Sequence record: PZ154896.1
Length of the DNA: 64,000 nt
Reading direction: 5' to 3' (one strand)
Source of the DNA: a phage
Under the pieces are notes generated by a model, which worked only from the letters and a program-made list of their open reading frames with translations, was not told the DNA's origin and ran no database searches. Within the stretch, counting starts at the first letter, position 1. Each line of letters starts with the position of its first letter. Positions 1-8,649 of this stretch are shown piece by piece. Position numbers and translations under genes: made by a program.

Positions 1-1624
1 CTTTATCAGTTAGTACCCATTTACCAGGATTTTTTGTAATCAGAGTAGCCGTTACAGGTTCTGCTACGTCATAACTAATAGAGCCGTCCTGAAGTACACG
101 GCCCATGTTACGTAATTGCTTAGTCAGAAGTTCCATACCTTTATAATATGCGGCTACCGCTTTAAGTGGATTATTCTTGAAATAACCACCTAATGCAATC
201 CAGATAATTGCTACAGCCAAATGATGATACTCGTTAAACGAACTCATCTTTCCATATTTGTAAACTAATGGATTGATGTTAATAGTCACATTACAAGTTG
301 TTTCATCAATAGTAAACTGTCCCCAGGTCGGATTAGCATTGAATTCATCATAACCTGAAACAGCATAAAGCACTTTAGCTTCATCATACAATTTTGGCCC
401 GTAAATCTTGGTTTCGCCAAAATATCCACGAGGGTCGATAAACTTGACTTCACCATTATCAGTAATCATAGTATTACTGAAGTTCGGGTCGCCATGAATA
501 ACAGAGTACTGTCCCTGAGAACGGTTATGATAACGAATAAGGTGTTCTAAAGCTTGTTTCAGCATTGGCTTCAGACGCCCAATCTTAGTGTAGTTCACAT
601 GTGTGATTTTACCAAATGAATCAATCAATGGTTGAATACTTTCACAACGATCAATAACTTTCGTATAGAACTCTTTAGTGAAATCACGACGAACAGTTTC
701 AGGACTTACAAAATAAGTGTCTGTGCTGAATTTCAGTGCGTCTAAAATTGCATCAACAATTTGTGGACGAGCAAGACTCGATTTGGATTTAATATATTCA
801 AATGCCGGCTTACCTTTAATGCGTTCCATTTCAAAGTTATTTTCATTAACAGAAACTAACTGAGGAACTGAATCTGATTTCACTTTAAGATACCATGAAA
901 TCTCATCTTTCTGAAGAGCTCGGCCCTGTTCGGTTAATGCGAATTTAGTTACAGTTTCTTCACCGATTTCAACTGCATTAAAACTACGATTAAGTTCACG
1001 AACTTCATGAGCCTTTTCAAGTTTAGGCATATCACCTAAATCAATTAGATTCATAAGCTCTGATTTATTGAATGCGCTGCCGTAAAGGAATTCTACGAAA
1101 TCACGTCCTTTGCAGTATTCATGAATTTCCTCATCAGTAGAACCCATATAGAATTCCCAGTCTTTGAACTGATAAATTCCTACAACATTACCACCTGTTG
1201 AACCTACGTTAGTGATATTTTCACCGTCGAAATTATATCGACATTCGTCACCCTTAACATAGATTGCGTTAACATTCCAAGACCATGAACCAAAATCAGG
1301 AATAATATCACACCAGTTAACAATTACATTATGGCCGTCTAAATCTTTGTGTAATTTAGCAAGAGCATAAGCAGAACCATATGCTTCATCAACTGTACGA
1401 ATAGTCACATTGAACCCTTCTTGCTCACAATAAGCTCGAACAGTTTCAGCAAATTTTGAATGAACTACTACAATAATTTCATCTGCGCCAAGGTCAGAAT
1501 AAATTGTATACAAATTGCTCAGAATAGTGTCTTGTTTATAGTTAACAAGCACCTTAGGAATATGATGCGTTATTGGATACAAACGAGTTGCCAGTCCAGC
1601 ACCAAGAATAACAGCTTTTTTCAT
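1..1624 (-). CDS. bifunctional sugar kinase / sugar-phosphate nucleotidyltransferase (partial; 3' end lies beyond window start)
   Basis: Open frame on minus strand from ATG at 1622-1624 (SD GAGGA upstream) to position 1. N-terminus MKKAVILGAGLATRL is an NTP-transferase GxGxR motif; C-terminal part has IHGDPNFSN...FIDPRG, a kinase HGDxxxxN/D motif. My own translation. Confidence 0.6.
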   Translation of the reverse strand, partial: MKKAVILGAGLATRLYPITHHIPKVLVNYKQDTILSNLYTIYSDLGADEIIVVVHSKFAETVRAYCEQEGFNVTIRTVDEAYGSAYALAKLHKDLDGHNVIVNWCDIIPDFGSWSWNVNAIYVKGDECRYNFDGENITNVGSTGGNVVGIYQFKDWEFYMGSTDEEIHEYCKGRDFVEFLYGSAFNKSELMNLIDLGDMPKLEKAHEVRELNRSFNAVEIGEETVTKFALTEQGRALQKDEISWYLKVKSDSVPQLVSVNENNFEMERIKGKPAFEYIKSKSSLARPQIVDAILDALKFSTDTYFVSPETVRRDFTKEFYTKVIDRCESIQPLIDSFGKITHVNYTKIGRLKPMLKQALEHLIRYHNRSQGQYSVIHGDPNFSNTMITDNGEVKFIDPRGYFGETKIYGPKLYDEAKVLYAVSGYDEFNANPTWGQFTIDETTCNVTININPLVYKYGKMSSFNEYHHLAVAIIWIALGGYFKNNPLKAVAAYYKGMELLTKQLRNMGRVLQDGSISYDVAEPVTATLITKNPGKWVLTDK

Positions 1625-1665
1625 GTTGTGGTCCTCATTGGTAAGTAGGAGTATTGTACACTATT

Positions 1666-1809
1666 CTAGTTAAAGCATTCATACTTTGCTTGTAGTCCAA
1701 TCATAATCCATCCGATTACAAGTGTTGGAATCATTACTGGAGCCGTTAAGCTCCAGTAGATAGTCATGATAAGCATCAATAGTAAAAGTCCTATTGTTAT
1801 TGCTTTCAT
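1666..1809 (-). CDS. small hydrophobic membrane peptide (47 aa)
   Basis: ATG at 1807-1809 overlaps stop of upstream gene (ATGA). Product MKAITIGLLLLMLIMTIYWSLTAPVMIPTLVIGW is almost entirely transmembrane. Below ORF-track size cutoff. Confidence 0.35.
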   Translation of the reverse strand: MKAITIGLLLLMLIMTIYWSLTAPVMIPTLVIGWIMIGLQAKYECFN

Positions 1810-2441
1810 TGTTCGCCTCGTAACATGGCACCTAGTGCACCACCAGGGTGGAACTTAAGGAAGTCATTAGAGGTAAATCCACGCTCAGACGAAAGGTTGA
1901 TAGCAAACGTATCGATAAGCGCTAACAACAATGTAGTGGACATAGTCGGAGCCAGAGAATTCTCATCAACCTCTACTGCGATGCCTGTACAGAAAGAGTA
2001 ATCAAAAAGGGCTTCATTTTCTTGTGGAATGTCTGGGTTACAATGCAACAGAATCTGTTTGACGTTCGGACGAATCATTTTAAGATGCTTAGCCACGCCT
2101 ATCATTTCTTCAGTTTTACCAGAACGACTAATATGAATCAACACATCATTAGGCGCAATGAATCCTGCATCACCGTGAGAATAATGCCCGGTGTTCAAGT
2201 ACATACTCGGGATACCGAGTGAAGCAAATGTCTCAGAAGCTTTAGTTGCAATATTAGCATTCTTACCAACACCTGTAATAATTACTCGGCTTTCATAATT
2301 ACTAAGTCCGGGGCGTCGAAGAGTTTCTAGAATAGCATTATAACGAGCAGGGTTTTGACTAATTACTTTGGCCATAGCGGCCAAAGAAGAAGCTTGTTTT
2401 ATGATTGCGTCAATAGCGATAGTAATAGGAGTAGTTTTCAT
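1806..2441 (-). CDS. SIS-domain sugar-phosphate isomerase (KdsD/GmhA-like)
   Basis: 211 aa; VIITGVGKNANIATKASETFASLG matches the SIS phosphosugar-binding GxGKS motif. Confidence 0.7.
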   Translation of the reverse strand: MKTTPITIAIDAIIKQASSLAAMAKVISQNPARYNAILETLRRPGLSNYESRVIITGVGKNANIATKASETFASLGIPSMYLNTGHYSHGDAGFIAPNDVLIHISRSGKTEEMIGVAKHLKMIRPNVKQILLHCNPDIPQENEALFDYSFCTGIAVEVDENSLAPTMSTTLLLALIDTFAINLSSERGFTSNDFLKFHPGGALGAMLRGEQ

Positions 2442-2481
2442 ATTTCTCTCATTTAATTAGTTTACCGTCCATGTCATTATA

Positions 2482-5193
2482 TCAAAAATCGAACATATCG
2501 AACAGAGATGCTTTCTTCTCGTAATCGAGTTTCGCTGCTGATGTGAATCCTTCAAGTGGTTTAATAAATGTCTTCTCAAGGAGAACAGTGTAGTCCATCC
2601 AATGAAGTACGTCGTCTTTAATTAAATCTGTGATTTCAGTACCAGAAGGCCATGCGATACATTTATCACCGAATGGGTTTCCTTCACGTAAAGGCAGAAC
2701 ATATACTTTTTCACCTTCTACAACTTGCGGTGCATCGATATTACCTTTGATAGCCCGGTTATACGTCAGAATTCCACGAATATGGAACGGGCATTTGGGA
2801 CCAGGGAATCCACCTACATCATATTTAGCAATGTTATTCGCAGAAGATACCGACGCGATGCTAATATAATTCAATTGACGGAATTCTTTTTCAAACTCTT
2901 TAAAATATTCTTGTAATGATTCTTCACCTTCTTGAAGCATACGACGAATACATTCTTTAAGAGCTTTCTGTACTGCTTTAGGAGTCGAAGATTTCTGAGT
3001 CTCTAGACCCATGATTTTGAGTTTAGGCTCAGCGTAACGAGTACCTTCCATATCCCACACGTTTAATGCATAACGTTTCTTACCAGTCCAGAATCCACCA
3101 ATACCTTTAGAACCGAGTGGAGGCCCAGCGATAGCTTCTCGGTCCATGAACATTAAGTGTTGTTTATTGTTCATGTATTCACACATTTCACGGAAACCTC
3201 TATCAATAGCTGGTTCCATACGTTCACGTGCAAACTTATCTAAGAAGTCTACCCAATGGTTGGTATCACGGAATTTAGATTCACCAACCTTATCGATAAT
3301 TTTATCAGCAGATACGTAAATAGAGTCTGTATCACCATAAAGAACGAAAGCTTCACCTTCTGTACCACAAACTTCATTCAGATATTCATTAACTTTACGT
3401 TCAATCCACTGTAAAGCCATTTGCCCGAATGTTGTGATTGCAGTAGCATTACGCAAATCATAATAACGAAACCAAACGTTGCCAAGTGCACCATAAAGTG
3501 AGTTGATAAGCAATTTACGGTTAATTTGGGCAGTCATACCTGCAACTTCAGTACGTTGAGCTCTAAACAACATTTCATTAAGAGATTTAGCAGACAACTT
3601 TTTAATCTTTTCTTTAATCTCATCGCTGAAGTCGAAACGATAATCAACATCTAATGGTTCGTCAACAGAAAGATTAGGATTATGCAATGCCTCTTTAATT
3701 ATTTCGCCATTACGTTGAGCCGCAAGCATATAACCTTTATGTTCTTTACGTTGATTAAAGACCTTAGTGATTTCAGTTGGAACTACACCATCACGATCTT
3801 TATAATACATCATGCCGTTAGGAGAACAACTGTACACATCAGAAGGACGTTCAGCAACAGCGTTAATATAATCATGCAATGGAGCTACTTTAAACGTTCC
3901 TGCTATTGTTTCTGGGCTAATATTCACTTGGCGAATAATACTTGGATACAGAGATGTAAGGTCGAAACTCATTACATATTTGTATCGATTTGGAATAGGT
4001 TCCTTAACAAAAGCGCCGGGATAAGGTTGAACCGGGTGAGAACGACCTTGTGGAATCACCTTGTTCTGCTCTTTAAGGCTATTAAAAATAATAGCATCCC
4101 AAGTTTTAATTGGACTGAACACAGATTGAATCTGTATCTTAGCATAATAACCCATGTCCAAACTCAAGTTGATGAACTGACGCTTAGCATCAATTTGCAA
4201 TACACGATACACGTCGATAATGTTATAAGAAATATATCGTTGGTGATTGCTTTCACGAAGCTTAGAAATAGGGCCGTCATATTTCAGTTTACCAACGTTC
4301 AATTCAAATTCTGAAATGTAATCCAGAGAATATGACGGTTGATTGGTAAAAGAGAATTTTTTGTAAAGGTCAATGTAATCAAGAACAGAGATACCGAACA
4401 ATGTAATGATTTCACGAGAACCATACATGTTTTCAATAACTTTAACACGAGTTTTACGATGTGGTGATAAACGTTTCGCAGTAGATTCACCAAAAATATT
4501 CTTGATTCGGTTATACACATACGGAATATCAAATGACTCAACGTTCCATCCAGTCAAAATGACAGGAGTTTTCTGTTGCCAGAAGTTGAGATATTCCATC
4601 AACAATTCTTTTTCGTTATTGAACGGCATATAAATGATTTTATCGATAATTTCGGATGGAACTTCATCACCGCCTTGTTCTTGAAGCTTAGCAGCGATTT
4701 CAATAGACCATTCTTCTACATTACCATATGGAGAATTCAATAGATCAAATACGTAGAACCTGTCGTCAATTGAGTCATAATGGGTGATAGCATCAATCGG
4801 ATGTTTTGCTTGTGACGGCTCAGGGAACCCATCCGGAGATGTTACTTCGATGTCGAAGTTAGCCACACGAATTTTTGTATGGTCGTATTTGATTTCATAG
4901 TTATAAGTGTCAGACAAATACGCCAATTTGAAATCGTCCATGCCAAGTGCTTCAAGTCCGATATCTTCCATGCGTTTAATCCATTGGGAGGCATCACGCA
5001 TATTGGCGAACAACTTACGAGTACACGGCTTACCGTAGATATCGAAATATTTCGTAGCCTGACTTTCTGGACAATGAGCAAACAGTGATGGTTTATATTC
5101 TACTTCACGAGTACGTTCACGGCCGTTAGAATCGATGTAACGTTCAAAAATTGAATCACCAATCTGTTCAACCGTTAAGTAAAATTCTTTCAT
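2482..5193 (-). CDS. 43: DNA polymerase gp43 (family B, with 3'-5' exonuclease)
   Basis: 903 aa; near-identical over its length to the T4/RB69 gp43 sequence as I recall it (MKEFYLTVEQIGDSIFERYIDSNG..., YGDTDS polymerase motif). Confidence 0.97.
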   Translation of the reverse strand: MKEFYLTVEQIGDSIFERYIDSNGRERTREVEYKPSLFAHCPESQATKYFDIYGKPCTRKLFANMRDASQWIKRMEDIGLEALGMDDFKLAYLSDTYNYEIKYDHTKIRVANFDIEVTSPDGFPEPSQAKHPIDAITHYDSIDDRFYVFDLLNSPYGNVEEWSIEIAAKLQEQGGDEVPSEIIDKIIYMPFNNEKELLMEYLNFWQQKTPVILTGWNVESFDIPYVYNRIKNIFGESTAKRLSPHRKTRVKVIENMYGSREIITLFGISVLDYIDLYKKFSFTNQPSYSLDYISEFELNVGKLKYDGPISKLRESNHQRYISYNIIDVYRVLQIDAKRQFINLSLDMGYYAKIQIQSVFSPIKTWDAIIFNSLKEQNKVIPQGRSHPVQPYPGAFVKEPIPNRYKYVMSFDLTSLYPSIIRQVNISPETIAGTFKVAPLHDYINAVAERPSDVYSCSPNGMMYYKDRDGVVPTEITKVFNQRKEHKGYMLAAQRNGEIIKEALHNPNLSVDEPLDVDYRFDFSDEIKEKIKKLSAKSLNEMLFRAQRTEVAGMTAQINRKLLINSLYGALGNVWFRYYDLRNATAITTFGQMALQWIERKVNEYLNEVCGTEGEAFVLYGDTDSIYVSADKIIDKVGESKFRDTNHWVDFLDKFARERMEPAIDRGFREMCEYMNNKQHLMFMDREAIAGPPLGSKGIGGFWTGKKRYALNVWDMEGTRYAEPKLKIMGLETQKSSTPKAVQKALKECIRRMLQEGEESLQEYFKEFEKEFRQLNYISIASVSSANNIAKYDVGGFPGPKCPFHIRGILTYNRAIKGNIDAPQVVEGEKVYVLPLREGNPFGDKCIAWPSGTEITDLIKDDVLHWMDYTVLLEKTFIKPLEGFTSAAKLDYEKKASLFDMFDF

Positions 5194-5222
5194 TTAATTT
5201 CCTTTAGACGAGTTATTGTCTT
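5194..5222 (-). promoter_or_regulatory. gene 43 5' leader / putative translational operator
   Basis: mRNA-sense GACAAUAACUCGUC then UAAAGGAAAUUAAAUG; the AAUAACUCG loop resembles the T4 gp43 autogenous operator loop as I recall it. Confidence 0.4.
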
Positions 5223-5240
5223 TTGTTTGTTGATGAACTT

Positions 5241-5270
5241 ATTATACTCCAAATGGGACCGAAGTCCCAT
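5241..5270 (-). promoter_or_regulatory. TATAAT -10 element next to 7-bp UUCG-tetraloop hairpin (regA-43 intergenic)
   Basis: Minus-sense AUGGGAC-UUCG-GUCCCAU then TTGGAGTATAAT; -35 is poor. Confidence 0.35.
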
Positions 5271-5274
5271 TGCT

Positions 5275-5643
5275 TTAATTACCAATTGTATATTTTGCTT
5301 TCAAAGTCCAGTCATCTTTCTGTTTAAAAGAGATAACACGGAAGTTATTAGTCAGGCCAAACAGATCTTCACGAGCAGAGTCTTCAATAACAATCAATCC
5401 CCAGTCTTCAAGCAACTGGGCAATCGAATCACGTCGCTGATAGTCTTCACCATCAATATCAACCTGACGTCCGTCCATACGCAACATTTCTTTAAAGTGG
5501 ACGATATAGTACTTACCTTGCTTTTGGAGGATATGACAAGACTGGTAAAGGACTTTATCCTTGTTATTAGCGATGCCCATACGGGTCAAAGTCTCTTTGA
5601 CTTTCAGAAAATCTTCAGGGTTCTTCAATTTAATTTCGATCAT
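5275..5643 (-). CDS. regA: translational repressor RegA
   Basis: About 90% identical to T4 RegA from memory; start set to MIEIKLK by homology (ORF track starts 3 codons upstream). Confidence 0.9.
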   Translation of the reverse strand: MIEIKLKNPEDFLKVKETLTRMGIANNKDKVLYQSCHILQKQGKYYIVHFKEMLRMDGRQVDIDGEDYQRRDSIAQLLEDWGLIVIEDSAREDLFGLTNNFRVISFKQKDDWTLKAKYTIGN

Positions 5644-5645
5644 TT

Positions 5646-6209
5646 TTACCATTCCAATGCTAATTTTTTAAATTGTTTTTGTTCTTTCACATTTTTTGTA
5701 ACTTCTTTGAGAAACTCATCAGTGACCATGGCCTTCAGTTCTTTAAGGACTATTGGCAGCTTGTTATTTTTTTCAAGGAGCCGCTTATACTCTGTAGCAT
5801 CATTCATGTTGATTGTGTAATGTTTCATCAACAATTTGATAACTAGTAACTCTGAAGTGTCTTCGACTAGTTTAGCCCATTTAGAGAATCGACGACCACG
5901 CGGAATTGCCGCCATCATATAGTTGAAGTGCGCTTCATCACTTAATTCAGAACCGACTAAGTTCATCATGTAAACAGCTGGCATACATTCTGGGAACTGG
6001 GATAATGAGTTCTCAACCATAAATTTTGAGTAGTCGACCTGAGCAATTGACATAGATTTCTTTTCATTAATAGCATTAATGATTTTAAAGAATTCATTCT
6101 CAGGTTTTTCTTTAAACATATCAGCACATTTTTGAATCGCATCAGCGTCATTAGACTTCCATGCAATTTGGTGCTCGTTAAGCCGGACGTCATCATCGAA
6201 TAAGTTCAT
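5646..6209 (-). CDS. 62: clamp-loader subunit gp62
   Basis: 187 aa; collinear with T4 gp62 ([17 protein letters not shown]...KLALEW). Confidence 0.9.
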   Translation of the reverse strand: MNLFDDDVRLNEHQIAWKSNDADAIQKCADMFKEKPENEFFKIINAINEKKSMSIAQVDYSKFMVENSLSQFPECMPAVYMMNLVGSELSDEAHFNYMMAAIPRGRRFSKWAKLVEDTSELLVIKLLMKHYTINMNDATEYKRLLEKNNKLPIVLKELKAMVTDEFLKEVTKNVKEQKQFKKLALEW

Positions 6210-6210
6210 A

Positions 6211-7173
6211 TTATTTCCAAGTCAGTTCGCAGGTCAGTTGAAGAAGCATATACATAACGTGTAATTCAATATTACTTGCTAATCCATGAAACTTATTGTT
6301 TTCGCCTGCAATTTCATAAAGCGAAATAATACTTTTACCAGGTGCAACTTGGTCATAACATTCTGAAACTAATTTATCGATGAACCATGAATAATCTGCG
6401 GCATATTTTGGAGCTAATGCACGAAGCTGTTTGATATCTTTGTTCTTCATTGCTTCGATAACATCGGAGACTGTGCCACGGTCATTAGTTACGATAGACA
6501 AAATACCCGCATCAAGAACACCTTTAGACGAGTACTGGTCTAATTGACCGATTGTGCGACGAAAGTCCGGGAAGTTCTTTTTAACCAGAGCTGCAACAAC
6601 TTTCATATCAGCGATTTCGATATTTTCGTTCTTACAGATTTCAACCATACGATGAATCATTTTCTTCATCATCGAGATTTTATCTTCTTCGGTTGGACGT
6701 CCGAATTCGATAACTCGACAACGACTACGTAATGGTTCAATAATTCCGTCGATGTTGTTAGCAGTAATAACAATAGAGCAGTTACTAGAGAATTCTTCCA
6801 TAAACGTACGAAGGTGACGTTGTGATTCGGCGAGGCCACTACGGTCAAATTCATCAATAACAATAACTTTAGGCTTGCCTTCCATTGAGACTGAACGAGC
6901 AAATGCAGTTAACGGACCCCGCACAAAATCAATCTTACAATCAGAACCGTTGACAAACATCATTTCAGCATTGATATCATTACATAATGCTTTTGCTACG
7001 GTTGTTTTACCTGTACCAGGAGAAGGAGAGTGCAAAATAATATGAGGAAGTTTTCCTTTAGATACTAAAGACTTGAATGTTTCATGGTCATACGCAGGCA
7101 GAATACATTCATCAATGGAAGAAGGACGATATTTCTGTTCTAGAATGTGTTCTTTAGGATTGATAGTAATCAT
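6211..7173 (-). CDS. 44: clamp-loader ATPase gp44
   Basis: 320 aa; Walker [15 protein letters not shown] Walker B, SRC motif; T4 gp44-like. Confidence 0.95.
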   Translation of the reverse strand: MITINPKEHILEQKYRPSSIDECILPAYDHETFKSLVSKGKLPHIILHSPSPGTGKTTVAKALCNDINAEMMFVNGSDCKIDFVRGPLTAFARSVSMEGKPKVIVIDEFDRSGLAESQRHLRTFMEEFSSNCSIVITANNIDGIIEPLRSRCRVIEFGRPTEEDKISMMKKMIHRMVEICKNENIEIADMKVVAALVKKNFPDFRRTIGQLDQYSSKGVLDAGILSIVTNDRGTVSDVIEAMKNKDIKQLRALAPKYAADYSWFIDKLVSECYDQVAPGKSIISLYEIAGENNKFHGLASNIELHVMYMLLQLTCELTWK

Positions 7174-7248
7174 GTAATTTTCCTCATTATCATTAAACTG
7201 GAGGATTTCTCCTCCATAATCGTATCACAATAAACGTAAAGCTTTGAC

Positions 7249-7935
7249 TTAGAAGTCGTGAGTAGAATCGGCTTCCATCGCAATAACATAACTTACTTGA
7301 GAGCTTTCAAACTTGGCTGCAACTTTATCACCAGCTCCCCACAACATTACTTTATAATTACCTGGCTGGATTTTCATATTAGCCATATTGATTACGAAGT
7401 TAAAGTTGTTAGAACCATCATAATCGGTAAGAGTCAAAGAATACTTAGGACGAGTTAGTCCAGAATCTTCAACTTTATTGTAACCATTGATAACAATTTT
7501 ACCATCTTTATTTGTAATAGCAATTGTATCAATCTGAAGACCACGTGAAACTCGAAGCAATTGTTGAAGGTCTTCGGCTTTAATTTCAGTAATCACAGAA
7601 GCCACTGGGAATTGAATTGGCTTATTAGGAAAAACAATGGTGCTCTTGTCAGCGGCAGGCCAATAAACTGTGGAACGTGTATCTGCAATTTTAATATTGC
7701 CATCGGTGTGCATTGAAATTTCGGCATCATCAGACACTAGACTCAAAATGCTTAAGAAGCTATTCAAATCATAAAGTGCTACGTCAAAATCAATTTCATC
7801 AGAGATATTTGCTTCCGCATAAGTGGTGCCATTAACTGCACGAGTCATAATAAATTTACCTTGACTCAGCAGAATGCCGGAGTTAATAGAGGCAAAGTTT
7901 TTCAGAATAGCGATAGTATCTTTAGACAGTTTCAT
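7249..7935 (-). CDS. 45: sliding clamp gp45
   Basis: T4 gp45 homolog; start set at MKLSKDT (ATG 7933-7935). Confidence 0.9.
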   Translation of the reverse strand: MKLSKDTIAILKNFASINSGILLSQGKFIMTRAVNGTTYAEANISDEIDFDVALYDLNSFLSILSLVSDDAEISMHTDGNIKIADTRSTVYWPAADKSTIVFPNKPIQFPVASVITEIKAEDLQQLLRVSRGLQIDTIAITNKDGKIVINGYNKVEDSGLTRPKYSLTLTDYDGSNNFNFVINMANMKIQPGNYKVMLWGAGDKVAAKFESSQVSYVIAMEADSTHDF

Positions 7936-7977
7936 TTTATTTCCTTTCAAGACAATTCAAAGTTTATAACAAATTTA

Positions 7978-8394
7978 TTATGCAGCAACCATTTGCTTTT
8001 TAATAGCTTCAGGCAGTGATTCAATATATTCTGGAATTTTAGAAGCAACAATTTCGCCAGCTGCAATTAGCTGTTCGTCGGCATCAACACAGTAGAAATC
8101 TTCCAGACGCTCAGAACCATCTTTATCAAGAACGATTTTTCCGCCGGCTTCAATAGAATCTTTATAGTGCTTACGCATCAGATGAATCCACATATCAGAT
8201 ACATCGTTATCAATAAAACCATAAATCATAAAACGAGTTTCTTGTGGCAAAGATTGGAGTTTTTTAGCACTTGCGTCATCACAATGCAGGACCCATGCTT
8301 TACGAACACGATTATGGTTATGCGGGTTAGCGTCAGTACGGATAGAAGTAACTTTCAGATCAGCAGCAGTGAAACCTTTAGCAGTAGTAAACAT
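7978..8394 (-). CDS. rpbA: RNA polymerase-binding protein RpbA (by position)
   Basis: 138-aa ORF immediately downstream of gene 45, as in T4. Confidence 0.55.
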   Translation of the reverse strand: MFTTAKGFTAADLKVTSIRTDANPHNHNRVRKAWVLHCDDASAKKLQSLPQETRFMIYGFIDNDVSDMWIHLMRKHYKDSIEAGGKIVLDKDGSERLEDFYCVDADEQLIAAGEIVASKIPEYIESLPEAIKKQMVAA

Positions 8395-8406
8395 ATTATT
8401 TCTCTC

Positions 8407-8607
8407 TTATTCGTAGAAGTCGGTAACTGTCCATGCGGAATTGCGATTAGACATTATTTTATTATACTCATCTTTAAAAGCAGATTTGAGCATTTGTTCA
8501 GTAACAATATGTTCTTCACCTGAAAACGTATTGGTCAAAACATATTTTTTAATTTCAGGGACAACGAGAAGATGTTGGCCGGTTGAATACTCCATGTTGT
8601 TCTCCAT
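8407..8607 (-). CDS. hypothetical protein (T4 45.2 position)
   Basis: 66-aa ORF between rpbA and 46. Confidence 0.5.
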   Translation of the reverse strand: MENNMEYSTGQHLLVVPEIKKYVLTNTFSGEEHIVTEQMLKSAFKDEYNKIMSNRNSAWTVTDFYE

Positions 8608-8649
8608 TTAATTTGATGTGGTCATTATAACCACATCGTGTTAAAGCGT

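Noticed and set aside
1460-1648. 62-aa plus-strand ORF at the 5' end of the nucleotidyltransferase-kinase gene
   Set aside because: Lies antisense across the start of the long minus-strand gene and its SD.
3682-4314. 210-aa plus-strand ORF, one of several plus-strand ORFs inside gene 43 (also 2630-2869, 4406-4633, 4879-5088)
   Set aside because: Antisense to the highly conserved DNA polymerase; low-complexity translations; no promoter or SD. Shadow ORFs.
5227-5820. 197-aa plus-strand ORF spanning regA and gene 62
   Set aside because: Antisense to two conserved T4 genes and crosses the intergenic promoter; hydrophobic low-complexity product typical of antisense AT-rich sequence.
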